Assembly (NCBI RefSeq): GCF_964204645.1
Contig: NC_134027.1
Coordinates: forward strand, 12,990,485-13,054,484
Reading direction: 5' to 3'
DNA: 64,000 bases
Origin: Tubulanus polymorphus
Lineage: Eukaryota; Animalia; Nemertea
Every line of letters starts with the position of its first letter. The first letter of the stretch is position 1. Under the pieces are notes generated by a model that saw nothing but the letters and a program-made list of their open reading frames with translations, was not told the DNA's origin and did no database searches. This document shows, piece after piece, positions 62,241 through 64,000 of the stretch. Made by a program: the position numbers and the translations under genes.

Positions 62241-64000
62241 GGTGGGTGTCCGAAATGTGGTGTCCGAAACTTACGACATTCTGATGTCCGGAAAAACATA
62301 TTTACAATACCGATTGTCCGGGGACACGCCTGCACGGACAATCGGTTTCCCGAGGACGATGATATTTACAAATTAATCTGGTGTCCGGAACCTTCGACAT
62401 TCTGATGTCCGGAAAAACATATTTACAATACCAATTGTCCGGGGACACGCCCGCAGGGACAATCGGTTTCCCGAGGATGACGATTTTTACATATATACAA
62501 TTAGACTTAGTGTCCGGAACATACAAACGACTGTCCGGGCACGGACAGTCAGCAAAACGTTTAGGTTCTTACATTTTTAAATCTTGGATCGTGTCTAGAG
62601 CGGTTAGTATATGCTAGCACCGCAGAGCGACTTTTTAAGTTCCGCGGACGAGCCGAGGGCTTTCTACCCGAATTCACGTACGCCGGCTAAAAAAGGTCAC
62701 TGCGAACGGATATAAATAATAACATCACCGAATAAGGTAACATACAATTTAAGCAAATTAGACATATAAGTAATGGAGTTATAAGGAATTTGAACCCTAC
62801 GCGCGCGACAAGGATGATAAAATAATATTCAATACGATTAAAAAAAGGGGTTAATAATATTCGGGAAACCCGGAAATAACGGAGCCGCTGCCGGAACATC
62901 AACCAAAACGGGTTAAACAGCAGAACCGGACGCTCCCGATCTAATAAAATGTACAGTTATATAATAGTATACAGTCTTAAAAATAGATAATAGAAATAGT
63001 GGGGCAGTGAAATCCGGGAGAAAGGTGATTCAAAAATTAGCGCCAAATTTTGGCGAAACTGGAAATTTTCACTACATCACCCCCTCCCAGCTTTCACGCG
63101 CCCCCGGGGGAAATTTAATCTTCGGTCTTCTCGCGATCTTCGATCTTCTTAGCGTTCTTCGATCTTCTTAGCGTTCTTCGATCAAACAGGCGATGCAGTC
63201 TACAGGGGCATCATCAAAACCAAATACACGCATGTCACCCGTCTCCAGTGGGTGTACATGAACTTCCCTGAACGGTTCTGACGACTTCCTGACCGGCAGC
63301 GACCAAACTATTCCAGCGGCGCGTGCCATCTTTACACAGAACGGACATTTGGCTGGAAATCCTGGAATTCCGACCTCCTCCACCCGCGGCTTCTCTTCTT
63401 TGTTCTGTATTTGGCTTAGAACGCCCCCGATTGCGTACGCACTGGCTTCGCAATCTAGGACATAAAGGTCGTCGGTGTTTGGATAGGCCAGGAGTGGCGC
63501 GCTCATTAGTTTGTCTTTTAACGTTTGGAAAGCTGTTGTGTGCTCTTCAGTCTACAGGAAATTTTGATCCTTAGCTGTAAGGTTGTGGAGAAGACTGGCA
63601 ATATTTGCGAAGCCTGGAACGAATCGGCGGTAATACGTGGCGAGTCCAAGAAAATTCCTAACTTCCTTCACGTTAGTCGGTGCGGACCAGTTGTTAATGC
63701 ACTCTACCTTGGATGGATCATGCCTTCTATGGTGTCGCTAAATATCAAAATGTCATCTAAATAGATCAAACAGATCTCCCACTGCAGTCCCGCTAATACC
63801 ATCTCCATTAAGCGTTCAAACGTGCCACGTGCCGGGGACCCGGACATCCCGAACGGAAGTACCGTGAATTGCCACAGACCACTCTCTGTGGTGAAGGCCA
63901 ACTTTTGTTTTGCGTCGTCGCTTAGGGCCACTTGCCGATAACCAGAGTTTAAATCGAGTGTGCTGAACCACGTCGCTCCCCTGAGAGACTCCAAAGATCT
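62240..64000 (-). mobile_element. Gypsy/Ty3 LTR retrotransposon remnant (RT, RNase H start, integrase deleted, PPT, 3' LTR)
   Basis: FSTLDLNSGYRQV, FTVLPFGM, YLDD and LDCEASAYAIGGVLSQ. PPT GGGAGGGGGTGA is followed by TGTAGT at 63076 (minus). Left LTR boundary uncertain. Confidence 0.85.
62259..62545. repeat. 121-bp tandem repeat (2+ copies), probably within the Gypsy LTR
   Basis: GGTGTCCG.AAC.T.CGACATTCTGATGTCCGGAAAAACATATTTACAATACC at 62259 and 62380. Confidence 0.75.

Overview
This is a eukaryotic (metazoan, probably invertebrate) genomic window dominated by nested mobile DNA, not a prokaryotic locus. (1) Two decayed, very AT-rich Polinton/Maverick (adintovirus-like) proviruses of one family lie in inverted orientation. 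Copy A (1..12572, minus) runs off the left edge. Copy B (20170..37979, plus) is 5'-truncated. A fragment of a third, more divergent pPolB follows B (37980..38240). They encode protein-primed PolB, major and minor capsid proteins, an rve integrase with chromodomain, an A32-like ATPase, Zn-finger proteins and several small membrane proteins. (2) The pPolB of A and B is interrupted inside catalytic motif C (YFD|TD) by a complete intein with a LAGLIDADG homing endonuclease. (3) Most viral genes start at a T-run...TAAATG signal resembling a poxvirus late promoter. (4) Two copies of a separate small AT-rich element (51144..52130 and ~55400..58155) end in ~120-150 bp hairpin palindromes. Their first ~45 nt match the Polinton terminus in register, so they are a candidate satellite of the Polinton. 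Other contents: two BEL/Pao LTR elements, a pogo-like DDE_1/PHD transposon, an IS3EU-like integrase plus HECT element with a 72-bp array, a LINE 3' end, hAT remnants, MITEs, a Gypsy remnant, and one host exon (TMEM121 family). All family calls come from motif recognition by eye; no searches were run.
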